Assembly (NCBI RefSeq): GCF_001194135.2
Contig: NC_069005.1
Location: 20,765,988-20,829,987, forward strand
Origin: Octopus bimaculoides
Lineage: Eukaryota
Reading direction: 5' to 3'
Length of the DNA: 64,000 nt
Part shown: in pieces, positions 28,934 to 39,249 of the stretch
How positions within the stretch are numbered: position 1 is the stretch's first letter
Layout: every line of letters begins with the position of its first letter
Made by a program: the position numbers and the translations under genes
The notes under the pieces: generated by a model
What the model saw: only the letters and a program-made list of their open reading frames with translations
The model's database searches: none
What the model was told of the DNA's origin: nothing

Positions 28934-31900
28934 TATCCATGCATATATCATCATCATTTAACATCTGTTCTCCATGCTGGCATGAGTTGGATGGTTTGCC
29001 AGGAGTTGGCCAGCTGGGGAGCTACACCAGGTTCCATAGCCTATTTTGGCATAGTTTCTTATTTCTTTATTGCCCACAAGAGGCTAAACATAGAGGGAGC
29101 AAACAAGGACAGACAAAGAGGTTAAGCCGATTACATCGACCCCAGTGCATAACTGGTACTTAATTTATCGATGAAAGGTAAAGTCGACCTCGGCAGAATT
29201 TGAACTCAGAACGTAACGGCAGATGAAATACCGCTAAGCATTTCGTCCAGCATGCTAACGTTTCTGCCAGCTCGCCGCCTTCACTTTGGCATAGTTTCTA
29301 CGGCTGGATGCACTTCTTAATGCCAGCTATTTTACAGAGTGTACTGGGAACTTTTACGTGACAACAGCACAAGGGCTTTTACAAGGCACTGGCGTGGGTG
29401 CATTGTATGTGACACCAGCACCCATGAGCCTGCGAGACTAGGATCTCTTGTATGAGAGAGGGACGTAGAGGACATACCTGTATACATGGACAGACACAAT
29501 TTGCCTTAGCTTGACGTACTTATCAAGTACAGCAAACCACCAGAATTCTTGGTCCCTTGTCATCTCCTCTGTGAAGCCCAGTATCTGATACATATATAGC
29601 TATGAATGTATATATGCATGCATACACACACACATACATATATACAATGTATGCATACATATATATATAATGTATGTATACATATATGTATATATGTATC
29701 ATGCACACACACACACATAGACACATGTATATATNNNNNNNNNNNNNNNNNNNNNNNNNNNNNNNNNNNNNNNNNNNNNNNNNNNNNNNNNNNNNNNNNN
29801 NNNNNNNNNNNNNNNNNNNNNNNNNNNNNNNNNNNNNNNNNNNNNNNNNNNNNNNNNNNNNNNNNNNNNNNNNNNNNNNNNNNNNNNNNNNNNNNNNNNN
29901 NNNNNNNNNNNNNNNNNNNNNNNNNNNNNNNNNNNNNNNNNNNNNNNNNNNNNNNNNNNNNNNNNNNNNNNNNNNNNNNNNNNNNNNNNNNNNNNNNNNN
30001 NNNNNNNNNNNNNNNNNNNNNNNNNNNNNNNNNNNNNNNNNNNGTGGAGCTTTAGGTGTTTTCGCTCAATAAACATACACAACGCCCGGTCTGAGAATCG
30101 AAACCATGATCCTCCGACCGCGAGTCCGCTGCCCTAACCACTGAGCCATTGCACCTCCACATATACATATATATAATGTATGTATTTATACATATATATA
30201 TGTTTCAAGCACACACACACACACACACAAACATGTATATATATAATGTATGTATGTATACATATATATATATGTATGTATGTATCATGCACACACACAC
30301 ATATAATGTACATATGTATACATATATGTATGTATAACACACACGTATGCATGTGCGTGCATACACACACACACACACAGACACACATCATTTGTTTTAG
30401 ATGTTTTGTTTACCAATCTTGTGTAGCTTAAAGGAATACACATTTAGAATTATTTAACTAAATATTTAAATATATTTAAATATATTAATAAATTATAAAA
30501 TATTGATTCACCAGATATCTTTGTGGTTTCTTGTTCATTTTGTCCCATTTTTATGTATTTTTTGTTTACCCCCTTAATTTTCTAATTATTTCTGGGTGAA
30601 GTAATCTGGGTCACTCTGGCTGCTGCTGCTGCTTACTTACCTGGGTGATTTCTTACTGGTAGCCTTTATTATCAACGATGCACTAGCTTCATCCGTCTGA
30701 AGAGAAACAAAATAACATCAATCATATATTGCAGGTGGTGATGACGACGGGGATGATGATGATGATGATGATGATGAAGAGCGGGAGGAGGAGGTGGTGG
30801 TGGTTGCAGGTGGTGGTGGAAGTGGTGGTGGTGGTGGTGGTGGTGGTTGCAGGTGGTGGTGGCAGTGGTAGTGGCAGTGGTGGTTGTGGTGGTTGTGGTG
30901 GTGGTTGCGGGTGGTGGTGGTGGTGGTTGTGGTGNNNNNNNNNNGTAGCAGTGGCGGTTGTGGTCGTGGTGGTGGTTGCAGGCAGTGGTGGTTGTGGTGG
31001 TGGTGGTGGTTGCAGGTGGTGGTGGCAGTGGTAGTGGCAGTGGTGGTTGTGGTGGTTGTGGTGGTGGTTGCGGGTGGTGGTGGTGGTGGTTGTGGTGGTG
31101 GCACTGCTGCTACTGATGATGATGATGATGATGATGATGTTAATGGTGAGGATACTGATGGTGATGATGATGGCTATGTTGTTCATGCAAGAACGATCAT
31201 CATAATTATCAGGATCATAATTATCTACATCATTTACACCACCACCACCACCATTCACTCCACCATGGCCACCATCATTAAGTTCATTCAAGTATACCAA
31301 GTGATCGAAGGAGTTGTTTTGTGGCGGTTCCAACCTGCTAGAAACAGTAGCCAAATCTCCTCCAGATTACACCTTAGATATAGTCTTAGACACTACATTT
31401 GGGTTTCAAATTTTGGCACAAGGCCAGCAGTTTCATAGGAGTGGTTATCATCTGCTTTAAAGGGAGACAAGCATCCCTAATTACTAGAAAGGGGTGAGAA
31501 GGAGCAAGCAGAGGAACAAGAAATACAGACAGCCACATTTATTGATGAGTTGATTGTTTTATGAATATAAAGCTTTTGTTTCCTCTATATCTGAATGCAT
31601 TGTTGTTTGTTATTTAACATTGGTTGAAGAGTGATTGAGTGGTGAATACAAGATGGCTTCACATTACTTGCACCACCTCCTCAAAAAAAACAGAAAATTA
31701 TGATTTGAGGAGGAAAGAAATGTAGATTTGAGAATAAGTGACCAGCTTAGAATTTATAAGACAAACCTCATTGTCTTCTTAACATTAGAAAGAAAAACCA
31801 GAGAGGCTGTTCTAGAAATGGATAATCCCAAAATAACAAAAAAATATTGACTTCAAATTTTGGCACAAGGCCAGCAATTTTGCGGGAGGGGTTAAGCTGA

Positions 31901-33165
31901 TTCCATCAACCCGTGTTCAACTGGTACTTATTTTATCGACTCCGAAAGAATGAAAGTCAAAGGCAATCTTGGCAGAATTTGAACTTAGAGACGAATGAAA
32001 TACCACTAAGTATTTTGCCTAGCTTGCTAACCATTCTTGCCAGCCACCATTGTTCAGCATTGCTGGATCTAGATTTCTGCTTGTTAGCTTCAGCAGCAAC
32101 AAATATCCATGTCACCACATGTCAGGCAAACATCAGCTGCTAGCTGATATAGCTAAACTGTGATTGAAAGGTCACTGATCTTGTATTTCGCTGGCTGAAA
32201 TCAAGATCCAGCCATTTCACCACCAATGCTGGGCAACCTTCGCCTACTACTGCTATTTTTCTGTTTTTAACATTATATGTCTATAAGAGATATCTCTCAA
32301 GATAAATACCACAGATTAGAAGGCCTTCAACGTATACACACTTTAAGTACATATACAGATCACTGATTTTGAACTAATACTCCTTCTCTTATAAATAATG
32401 GATATTGCTACTTTAAATGCTGATGGTGGAATGCAACAACTCAACCAGAAATTGGATACACTTTGTTTCAGAGAATTCAAACCAACTGGCATTTGTCCCA
32501 TATGAATCGTTCAAACAATTTCAACTGCCGAAGGACACAATAGTGACTATTTTAGCCAGTTTGATTGTCATACTGTGAGACTTATAAGGAGCACTAAATA
32601 ATTTTTCTAGAAGCTGTGCTTGTGTATAGGGCATGAGAAGAGTAGACATGTTGCACTAAGTCTGAATAAAAGACTTGATGGCTATGGGTGGCAAGGTTTT
32701 AATTACAGGTCTGGTGGATCAAGGCAGACTTGGGGTAAACAACAACAAATTTAACAAAAAAAATCTTAAACACAAAACAAAAGTACTGACCTCTTGTGGG
32801 GTGGCCACACTTCTCGTTGTTACAACAAGTCCAGGGGCTGAAGTCGTTGTCAAATTAGTAACCCCTACAACACCAGGACCTCCACTGTTTGTAGGGGTTG
32901 CACAAGGTGTACCTCCACCGCCCACTGAACCAATGGACGGTGGGTCGGCAATGTCTGCCGTTGTTGGCACAGAAGATGCTATAGATACGGAAGAAGAACT
33001 GACTGTGTCTGAGCCTTGGCGTCGTGGAAGTGAGTGTTTGCGCTGCAAAGACTGAGGTGAGTGTCGCTGTATGGGTGATGTCGCCTTCGTTGACCCATAC
33101 ACTCGGATCTTTTCATCATCATCAGACTCGAAAGCATCATCAATGGTAAAAGAGCTGCTGGCCAT
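2647..33165 (-). CDS. TMEM134: Transmembrane protein 134 orthologue; spliced CDS join(33165-32791,30696-30641,19858-19766,8843-8767,8639-8598,4331-4278,2726-2647), 777 nt, 258 aa
   Basis: All introns are GT-AG and the phases chain exactly (0,2,2,1,1,1). The N-terminus MASSSFTIDDAFESDDDE resembles the human TMEM134 FSIDDAFE motif as I recall it. The C-terminal half, WYKHPKIRENWKVVLGSIALTLIGSALLLAGLSVAISIKASHSVVLFIAGLICFIPGVYHVVYIYCALQGRMGFSLYNLHIFK*, resembles the family's two hydrophobic segments and its HP..N / PGxYHV..IYCA.KG..GF tail. Orthology rests on recalled sequence, not a search. Confidence 0.92.
4278..4331 (-). CDS. TMEM134: TMEM134 coding exon, 54 nt (SHSVVLFIAGLICFIPG)
   Basis: Acceptor tttctttccttctgcAG and donor GGAG|GTAAGT. 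Encodes the second hydrophobic segment, ending in the conserved PG. Confidence 0.92.
6131..6847. repeat. Long inverted repeat (~170-bp arms, ~370-bp spacer) between TA/CA microsatellites
   Basis: 6131-6303 and 6673-6847 are reverse complements at roughly 85% identity by eye (GGGTACAGGACATCACCAACTGTGTAAACAACATGAAGTAC...TGTCTATCTACTCCT.ATTTCGAGCATTC). Confidence 0.88.
8598..8639 (-). CDS. TMEM134: TMEM134 coding exon, 42 nt (ALLLAGLSVAISIK)
   Basis: Acceptor ttttatttctgtttcAG and donor AAAG|GTAAGC. Phase 1-1; a 127-nt intron separates it from the previous exon. Confidence 0.9.
8767..8843 (-). CDS. TMEM134: TMEM134 coding exon, 77 nt (WYKHPKIRENWKVVLGSIALTLIGS)
   Basis: Acceptor ttttatatttcAG and donor TCTG|GTGAGT. 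Carries the W..HP..REN motif and the start of the first hydrophobic segment. Confidence 0.93.
11246..11459. mobile_element. Diverged copy of the piggyBac-type MITE at 22061
   Basis: TTAA|CCTTTTAGTGTTCA ... AATGCTAAGGG|TTAG, with collinear internal similarity. Confidence 0.72.
11790..12525 (-). mobile_element. Second R4/Dong-like fragment (zinc knuckle, restriction-like endonuclease, 3' end), decayed
   Basis: The minus strand reads LIVAAQNQAI..CRTCGS..TVAHIVEECP and ILWDFLIQTDKKLEHNGPEITIIDKEKQSCLLINPSCPFDSRI. There is (TAA)n on both sides in the element's sense. Confidence 0.8.
12595..12810 (+). mobile_element. SINE family B copy flanked on both sides by (ATT)n
   Basis: B-box-like GAGTTCAAATTC. 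Other copies lie at about 29075-29282(-), 31860-32045(-), 41630-41810(-), 48910-49130, 49680-49890, 59720-59935(-), 60430-60650, 60655-60820(-), 61130-61400(-) and 61625-61810. Confidence 0.85.
13372..13625 (+). repeat. Compound microsatellite (AAT)n-(AAG)n-(GAG)n-(AAG)n
   Basis: Seen directly; it is the source of the poly-N/K/E and poly-S/Y pseudo-ORFs. Confidence 0.95.
13930..14175 (+). mobile_element. Penelope-like element fragment (C-terminal part of the GIY-YIG region)
   Basis: ORF 13943.. reads TPLSKIIYSLK..IKWF..Y..KCSLCFEEKLLI..ILKKKN, resembling the T.LS..IW.LK / IKW / C.LCL.EK..I / LNK pattern of Penelope-like elements. Confidence 0.55.
14690..15220 (+). mobile_element. CR1-like LINE 3' end
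   Basis: FFTLRVAEVWNKL.ASVVSCRSTASFKTSM* follows the FF..RV...WN.LP...FK pattern, followed by a 3' UTR and an (ATT)-type tail. Confidence 0.7.
15960..17330 (+). mobile_element. Decayed RTE-clade LINE, 3' part plus C-rich 3' UTR
   Basis: Broken frames give the Cys-rich HKRC..I.G.L..FVC..CTGAI segment, then A(R)VKTGWRKFRELL, ..LW(Y)GH(M)M..DE and GRP.KTW.E.V..DL, typical of the post-RT region of RTE. Confidence 0.8.
19270..19395 (+). mobile_element. Mariner fragment
   Basis: Reads ..PLVNHNGLVL*HDNARPHIAK, matching the HDNARPH motif. Confidence 0.7.
19766..19858 (-). CDS. TMEM134: TMEM134 coding exon, 93 nt (LRVFHTSSMHSVAASYTEETAVTPQSVQNL)
   Basis: Acceptor ctctctgtctctctgcttcAG and donor CTCAG|GTATGG. 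Symmetric phase 2-2 exon with no stops and an S/T-rich linker. Being symmetric, it could be skipped without a frameshift. Confidence 0.78.
19861..20950 (+). repeat. Long (GA)n/(GGA..)/(GT)n low-complexity region
   Basis: Seen directly; it gives the S/L- and H/T-rich pseudo-ORFs 19690..20797. Confidence 0.92.
22061..22276. mobile_element. 216-bp piggyBac-type MITE
   Basis: TTAA|CCCTTTAGCGTTCA ... TGAATGCTAAAGGG|TTAA. A diverged copy lies at 11246-11459. Confidence 0.85.
22790..23260 (-). mobile_element. RTE-like LINE C-terminal fragment
   Basis: ORF 22721..23140(-) reads LDAFHRCCLCFILGFSYQDSFRNNEVMRRAGMRSL...CHV...WRRLV, matching the RTE post-RT consensus. Confidence 0.7.
24396..25190 (+). 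mobile_element. Decayed mariner transposase
   Basis: HMRHCMLHEFKR (HTH region), FLSRIITNDEKCVLYN (first catalytic D block) and GVVLCHDN.GLH (HDNA.PH block), with stops. Confidence 0.8.
25360..26480 (+). mobile_element. Decayed RTE-clade LINE 3' part plus 3' UTR (same family as 15960-17330)
   Basis: Collinear similarity to 16260-17330, including the GK.RKTWDEMVKDELG-type segment and the C-rich UTR. Confidence 0.72.
26690..26872 (+). mobile_element. Retroposon 3'-tail family C ending in (GAT)n
   Basis: gttaggaagggcatccagctgtagaaac..ccaacccatgctagcatggaaagcagacgttaaacgacgatgatg. Related copies lie at about 3420-3780(-), 8310-8470, 26490-26680, 28930-29580(-, split by a SINE B), 44600-44830, 46300-46455 and 63110-63330(-). 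Confidence 0.8.
27300..28232 (-). mobile_element. Decayed RTE-clade LINE reverse-transcriptase region
   Basis: The minus strand gives HDRIDLNEVQLNFVFGRGS..QLQEK..KPLFLAFVD..RVP..RVGVHQGSV and WELLYADD-like RT motifs, with stops and frameshifts. Confidence 0.82.
30044..30159 (-). mobile_element. tRNA-like SINE head
   Basis: The minus strand reads GGCTCAGTGGTTAGGGC..GGTTTCGATTC followed by SINE body sequence. There is no proper acceptor stem or terminator. Confidence 0.7.
30641..30696 (-). CDS. TMEM134: TMEM134 coding exon, 56 nt (TDEASASLIIKATSKKSP+)
   Basis: Acceptor ttattttgtttctcttcAG and donor CCCAG|GTAAGT. Phase 0 to 2, fitting both neighbours. Confidence 0.82.
30730..31270 (+). repeat. 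Compound (GAT)n/(GGT)n/(ACC)n low-complexity block
   Basis: Seen directly; an ~90-bp GGT-rich segment recurs on either side of the 10-N gap at 30935-30944. Confidence 0.9.
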
Positions 33166-33272
33166 CACTGTTGACTCTTGATTGGAAAGACTGTTATCAT
33201 AAACATTTCTCGATTTGGTTGTTGTTGTTGTTGCTATTGTTGGCGTTATCACCAAAACATCCTCACTGCCAA
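32791..33272 (-). CDS. TMEM134: TMEM134 exon containing the conserved start (ATG 33165-33163); the frame is open back to the acceptor
   Basis: Acceptor ttttgttattcttctcAG (AG at 33274-33273) and donor CAAGAG|GTCAGT (GT at 32790-32789). Lies within ORF 32719..33288(-). From 33165 it encodes 125 aa, MASSSFTIDDAF...VATPQE. ATG context is GTGATGG. Confidence 0.9.
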
Positions 33273-33495
33273 CTGAGAAGAATAACAAAAGAAAATATAA
33301 TTAATAATCTCCTGGGAAGCTTTTATATATGTGTGTATACATTTATGTATACACATTATGCTGTTCTCTATATACATGTATGTGTGTGTGTACTTATATA
33401 CATACATACATTCATACATACATGCATACATACATACACACACACACACACACATATATATTATGCATATATATGTATACACACACATATATATA

Positions 33496-34396
33496 CGAGG
33501 GGCTACCCAAAAGTAACAGGAAATGTTCTCTGTAAGACAAGCCCATTGTAGTTCAGGCATCCACCCTTAGAAGCCACTTGATGCCACCCTCAGGCATCAG
33601 TTTGTCAACTGGCATTGTCGAGTGAAGTCGTACTGCCATGTGGTGCATCTTTGTTTTGCAGTGCTTCTCTGTTCAACGATTTTTGTGATGGCTGAAATGA
33701 AGGGACAGCATGCTTCCATGAAATTCTATTTTCTGCTGGAGAAAGTGGTGGCCAAAACAGCTGTCATGCTTCAAACAGCTTATAAGAACACTGCTATGCA
33801 CAAAACACAAGTTTACAAGTGGTTTTCATGCTTTAGAAATGGTCGCTTGTCGCTTGAAGACCAACCTCATTCAGGGCTTCTGTCGACCTCTTGAACAAGG
33901 GAAAACATCATGAAAATTCACAAACTGATCTAGGTGGACCATCACTGAACAATTGACAAACTTGTCGATATGATTGGTGTGTCCTGGAGCTCCTGTCAAT
34001 GAATTTTGAGTGAGGAATTGCAAATGAAAAGAGTTGCAGTAAAATTTGTGCCTTGCCTGCTCACAGATCAAAATCAGTCAGGACTGAATGCGTATCATGA
34101 ACTGATAGAAGAGTTGGAAATTGATCTGGACCTGTTTTTGAAGGTCATCACTGGTGAGGAAAGCTGGTGCTATGGAATTTGCAGATGTGGAAGAGGTGAA
34201 GAAAAAAAACAATGGAGACATTAAAAGGCATCACTTTGCTAGAGTTCCAGTGCTACTTCAAACAGTGGAAAACACGTCTGGACAGATGCATTGCTTCAAA
34301 TAGAGAATACTTTGAAGGCTATAAAAGTGTAAACATGTAAAACTAAGTGAATAAAATAATATTGTAAAATTCTGGTTTCTTTTGGGTACTCCCTTG
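33496..34396 (+). mobile_element. Internally deleted mariner element with both TIRs and TA target duplication
   Basis: Left end TA|CGAGGGGCTACCCAAAAGTAACAGGAA; the right end reverse-complements to TA|CAAGGGAGTACCCAAAAGAAACCAGAA. Internal remnants are MKFYFLLEK..QTAYK..KTQVYKWFSCFRNG, RVAVKFVPCLL and KVITGEESWCYG. Confidence 0.88.
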
Positions 34397-34469
34397 TATA
34401 AGCATGAATAGGTATGTACATATATATAAGCATATATGAGTATATACGTATGTGTGTGTGTGTGTGTGT

Positions 34470-34915
34470 GTGGTTTGATCAGTAAGTATCTGGACTGTTG
34501 CTATGGAAATGAAGTTAAAGCATGGAGAGTGAAGCTGCTTGGCACAAATTGACCTTGAACTCTGCTATGCATGTGCACTAAACTTTAACATTCTAGCCCA
34601 CTTCCACTGTTTACAGCAGTGCTTGGAAGGAAGGTGTGTAGCATGTGATCATCACATTGACCATGACAGAGAAAGTTAAGCAGAGAATCTGCATCAAGTT
34701 TTGCCAAAAGCTTGGAGATACCTTCTCAGAGGCCTACGCAAAGTTTTCAAAAAATTTTCATCATTCTCAGCACATTCAAGGATATCTTGTGCAACTGAAA
34801 CCCAAGTGTCTTTTTGTTCAGCTGAAAACAGTCTTGGCACAAATTTGGCAGACACACGTCTCACACCCAAATCTTTAGTGATAACGGACTGAACTGAACC
34901 GTAACTAATCTGCAC
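34470..34915. mobile_element. Rearranged mariner relic (5' part on +, linker part inverted on -)
   Basis: The plus strand gives MTEKVKQRICIKFCQKLGDT up to about 34740. The minus strand gives ISYGSVQSVITKDLGVRRVSAKFVPRL..ENDENFLKT over about 34915-34745. Confidence 0.75.
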
Positions 34916-34919
34916 ATAC

Positions 34920-35596
34920 TTTGATAACTCATGGATGGTGTTACAAGAATATTTCAGGATTTTAAGAAAATTGAGCCTGATTTAAATTTGTTATCTTATC
35001 CTTTCACTGCTGATATTGATACAACACCTGAGGATGTGCAGCTTGAATTAATTGCCATGCAGTCAGATCACACACTGAAAGAAATGTTTAATTCTGTGAC
35101 ATTGATAGAATTTAACAGATCTCTATCTACTGACAAATTTTCATGTGTGAAGAAATTTGCTGGGAAAATGTTTTCTATTTTTGGATCCATATGTATTTGT
35201 GAGCAAAGATTTTTCTTGCATGAAAATCAACAAAGATTAAAAATAGATCCTCTGTGACTGACATAAAGTTGCAGACAGTGATGAGGATCTCAACAAGCAA
35301 CCTCACTCCTGATTTCAAAACAATTGTAAATAAGTGTGACAGGTTACATTTGTCTCATTAAATTACTTGTGCTGGCTGATGTGTAATTTGCACATAAATA
35401 AACTTAATGAAACCTTTTCTGCGTACCACTATTGTTTTAGTTTTATTTATTAATTATTATGATGTAATTTACACTTTGCATTAAATGAAATGTAATGTTA
35501 ACTAATGAATATGACCAGTTATAGAAGGTGTGGCTCTCTGCTAACCATAACCCTCTCAAAGTGGCCCCTGAGCCAAAAAACAATTGTCTACCCCTG
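34920..35596 (+). mobile_element. hAT transposase C-terminal (dimerisation domain) relic with 3' terminus
   Basis: ORF 34931..35257 reads PF..DVQLELIAMQSD..F..SL..F..KMFSIFGS.CICEQ.F, and a shifted frame continues to ..TPDFK..V..LHLSH*. It ends in ...CTACCCCTG, a hAT-type TIR end. Confidence 0.8.
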
Positions 35597-37202
35597 ACTT
35601 AATGTATATACTTTTCACTCCAATCCTTCCTTCATTTTTTGACGAACTGGTAAGTACTGATATCCTCTATTGGGGGATATTCTTTATTTTTTATATTTTC
35701 AAACTTTTCTCTCTCTCTGATGACAGTATACTTAGCTTATTGTAGAATCCTCATTGAATATCATGATCCACTGCTTGGTTATTCTAAAGACAGTTGTAAG
35801 AAACTCTATCTGTTTATATTCTCTATTTAAATTTAATGTTTTATGAGTAGATATCAAATGTTTTGCCTTTTCATTTTTTATTTTAATCTATATATAANNN
35901 NNNNNNNTAAATATATGTATATATATATGTATGTATGTATAATACACATACACACACATCATCATCATCATGTATATAAATATATGTATATATATATGTT
36001 ATATATTATATTGGTGTGACTGTGTGGTAAGAAGCTTGCTTCCCAACCACATGGTACCGGGTTCAATCCCACTGCATGGCACCATGGGCAAGTGTTTTCT
36101 ACTATAGCCTTGAGTTGACCAAAGCCTTGTAAGACAGAAACTGAAAGAAGCCCATTGTATATATATACAGTACATATATACAGTACATATGTATGTGTGT
36201 GTGTGTGTGTGTGTCCCCACCATTCACCACTTGACAACTGGTGTTGGTGTGTTTATGTCCCCATAACTTAGTGGTTTGGCAAAAGAGACTGATAGAATAA
36301 GCACTTGGCTTAAAAAATAATATCACTTGTATCCCTCCATTTCTCACATCTCCAATACTTGTACCACTCTACTTGCCCTTCAGCAGATCTATGTACACAG
36401 AAGATTACATTTGGCCACTCATCTCCTCTTCCATCCAATACAATTTAATTTCCTTGTAGTATGAACCATACCTATTGCTACCCTCTGAACCATATCTATC
36501 ACTACCCTCTGAACCATATCTATTGCTACCCTCCACATACTCTCATCTTTATCACATCATGCACCTCTACCTTTGTCTATCTGCTATTGCTAGCCATTCT
36601 CCCTCTCTCCAACTACTTCTACATATTCTTTCCATCATACTCTTATTTCTTCCACCCCACCACCCTCATCCTATCTGGTCCTTCTGATGTCCTCATTCTT
36701 TCTTTTTCTTCTACAATTTCCCAACACTATCACCTGTGCAAATGTACACACCCTAATTTAGTAAGTACTTTCTATGTCTATATTTACTTTCCTACTCCCA
36801 TTTCTCTAATACCCATTTCTGACCTTTCTGTTATCATTATTCCTCTTGTAAAATTACAATTACTTGCATGCAAAGCCCCACCCTTTCCCTTATCATTTGT
36901 TTGCACTGTAAAGAGTTTTGCTAAACAGGTAACACAAGTGTAAGTCTATGACATCCTCCTAATTCTGTCTCACTGAAGACTATGCAATCTCTTTAGTGTT
37001 GGTGCCATGAGAAAATACAGACCGTTCAGTAAAGAGGTTGGCATTAGGAACGGTGTCCAGTTACTGAAACCAGGCCAAATGATGTGTATGAGAATCTAAC
37101 ATTTGGGAGTTCTAGCTCCCAGAGTGACTTGGGAAGTGACGACCCATCTTGCCCATGCTAGCTTGGAATGACAATGTAAAATGATGATGAAGATATACGT
37201 AC

Positions 37203-37269
<67 letters not shown>

Positions 37270-38065
37270 CACAGGCATGGCTGTGTGGTAAGAAACTTGC
37301 TTCCCAACCTCATGGTTTCAGGTTCAGTCCCACTGTATGACACCTGGGATTTGGTTGATGACAACTGAAAGAAGCCCGTCGTATATATATATGTATATAT
37401 CTATGTGTGTGTCTTTGTGTCTGTGTTTGTCCCTCCCACCCCATCACTGCTTGACAACCAGTGTTAGTGTGTTTATATCTCCGTAACTTAGTGATTCAGC
37501 AAAAGAGACTGATAGAATAAGTACTATGCTTAAGAAATAAGTCCTGGGGGTCAATTTGTTTGACTAAAACCCCAGAAGGCAGTGCTAAAATGACTGAAGC
37601 AGGTAAAAGAATAAAAGAATATATTCTTTTATTCTTTTATTTGTTTAAGTCATTTGACTGCGGCCATGCTGGAGCACCACCTTTAGTCAAGCAAATCGAC
37701 CCCAGGACTTATTCTTTGTAAGCCTAGTACTTATTCTATTGGTTTCTCTTGCCGAACTGCTAAGTGGCAGGGACGTAAACACACCAGTATCAGTTGTCAA
37801 GCAATGCTATGGGGACAAACACAGACACACACACACACACATAGATGCAGCACAGAATTTTGTCAGTGAACAGGTCGCGGTCTCAAAGCAACGAAAATAT
37901 TTTGACAAATTAAATTTAAATAGCTTATAAACACCTTACACGCTGCAATTATATATATATATNNNNNNNNNNNNNNNNNNNNNNATAGTCCTCAGTTATT
38001 CAATTCAGTTTCAAGTCATTAAAGCTGAATTGAATGAATGAGGATAAATACATATAACTGATATG

Positions 38066-38096
<31 letters not shown>

Positions 38097-38491
38097 ACAC
38101 GCACACAGACACACACATCATCCACGTTCATTCAATTCAGTTTTAAGTCTGCATGGGAAAGAGGAATATATTATTAAGTCATTGTTTTAGCATTTGTTTT
38201 CCAGCCAGATAACTCTTCCGAAGCTGTTTCTGAATGAATATTTTATTCTATACATCTTCAAAGCTGCAGAGCCATCCGAAAACCTGTTGACTGGGGAAAT
38301 GATAGCAACATCATCCCAACAACTAAGAGATGCATAAATGTAAACAAACACAGAGACACATCACTTTGGTTGGCCCAGGGCTAGAGTAAAACACGTTTAC
38401 ATTAGGTGATGTGCAGTGAGACTGAACCTGAAATCACATGGTTAGGAATCAAAATTCTTAAACTTACAGCCAACCCTGCACATGCGTGCTT

Positions 38492-38531
<40 letters not shown>

Positions 38532-38673
38532 ATATATATGTATGTGTAAATATGTAAATATATATATGTGTGTGTAAAGGAGCAGCTATGGCTATGTGGA
38601 TAAGAAGTTCACTTCCCGACCAATGGTTTTGGGTTCAATCTCACTGCATAGCGCCTTGGGTAAGTGAATTCTA

Positions 38674-38848
38674 CAGGGTGTCCACAATGTCTGGGTACAT
38701 GGGGATTAACACATACTTTAAGAAATTATTATTTCTTATATTTAATTGTTTACTATTTCTTATATTTAATTGTTTACTATTTCTTATATTTAATTGTTTA
38801 TGTTATGATTTTATTTACTCCATGTGCCCAAACTTTGTGGACACCCTG
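38674..38848. mobile_element. 175-bp Tc1/mariner-type MITE inserted into a SINE
   Basis: TIRs CAGGGTGTCCACAA(T/A)G.. with a TA on each side. It splits the SINE motif ttcTA|ctatagc and contains three copies of a ~24-bp AT-rich unit. Confidence 0.85.
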
Positions 38849-39061
38849 TAGTATAGCTTTGTGCTGACAAAAACTTGATGAGTGAATTTGGTAGATGGAA
38901 ACTAAAAGCCTGTTGTGTGTTTATGAGGTGCTCATGTTTCCTTGTCAGGGAAAATATATATATATGTGTGTGTGTGTGTAAATATATATATGTATATTAT
39001 ATATTCATATATATACATGTATGTATGTGTGTGCCTATATATATATATATATACATACATA

Positions 39062-39249
39062 CAGTAATCCCTCACCTATCGCAGTTTATTATTTAAGCTT
39101 ACATTGATTCCTCCATTTGTAATAAAATAAATATATACAAATTATAAAAAAAAAAAAAATATATAGTACAGTACTGTTTCTACTCCACTGATTTCACTTA
39201 TCGTAGGGGGTCTTGGAACGTAACACCTGTGATAGCCGAGGGATTACTG
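39062..39249. mobile_element. 188-bp Tigger/pogo-type MITE
   Basis: TIRs CAGTAATCCCTCACCTATCGCAG and CAGTAATCCCTCGGCTATCACAG, with TA flanks. Confidence 0.85.

Noticed and set aside
2856-30082. Long ORFs running through N gaps (e.g. 4950..5522, 6713..7582, 17633..18424, 29606..30055)
   Set aside because: They are open only because N codons are untranslatable; the flanks are (TA)n/(CA)n repeats.
30044-30159. Possible tRNA gene
   Set aside because: It has A/B-box-like motifs but runs into SINE body sequence and lacks a paired acceptor stem; it is a SINE head.
30845-31098. ~90-bp GGT-rich segment duplicated across a 10-N gap
   Set aside because: Likely unmerged contig overlap or ordinary slippage; cannot be trusted without long reads.
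30718-31438. Poly-P/T/H/V/G ORFs resembling low-complexity proteins
   Set aside because: Trinucleotide repeats open in several frames on both strands, with no splice-compatible boundaries.
32675-33055. 126-aa plus-strand ORF
   Set aside because: Antisense shadow of the TMEM134 exon.
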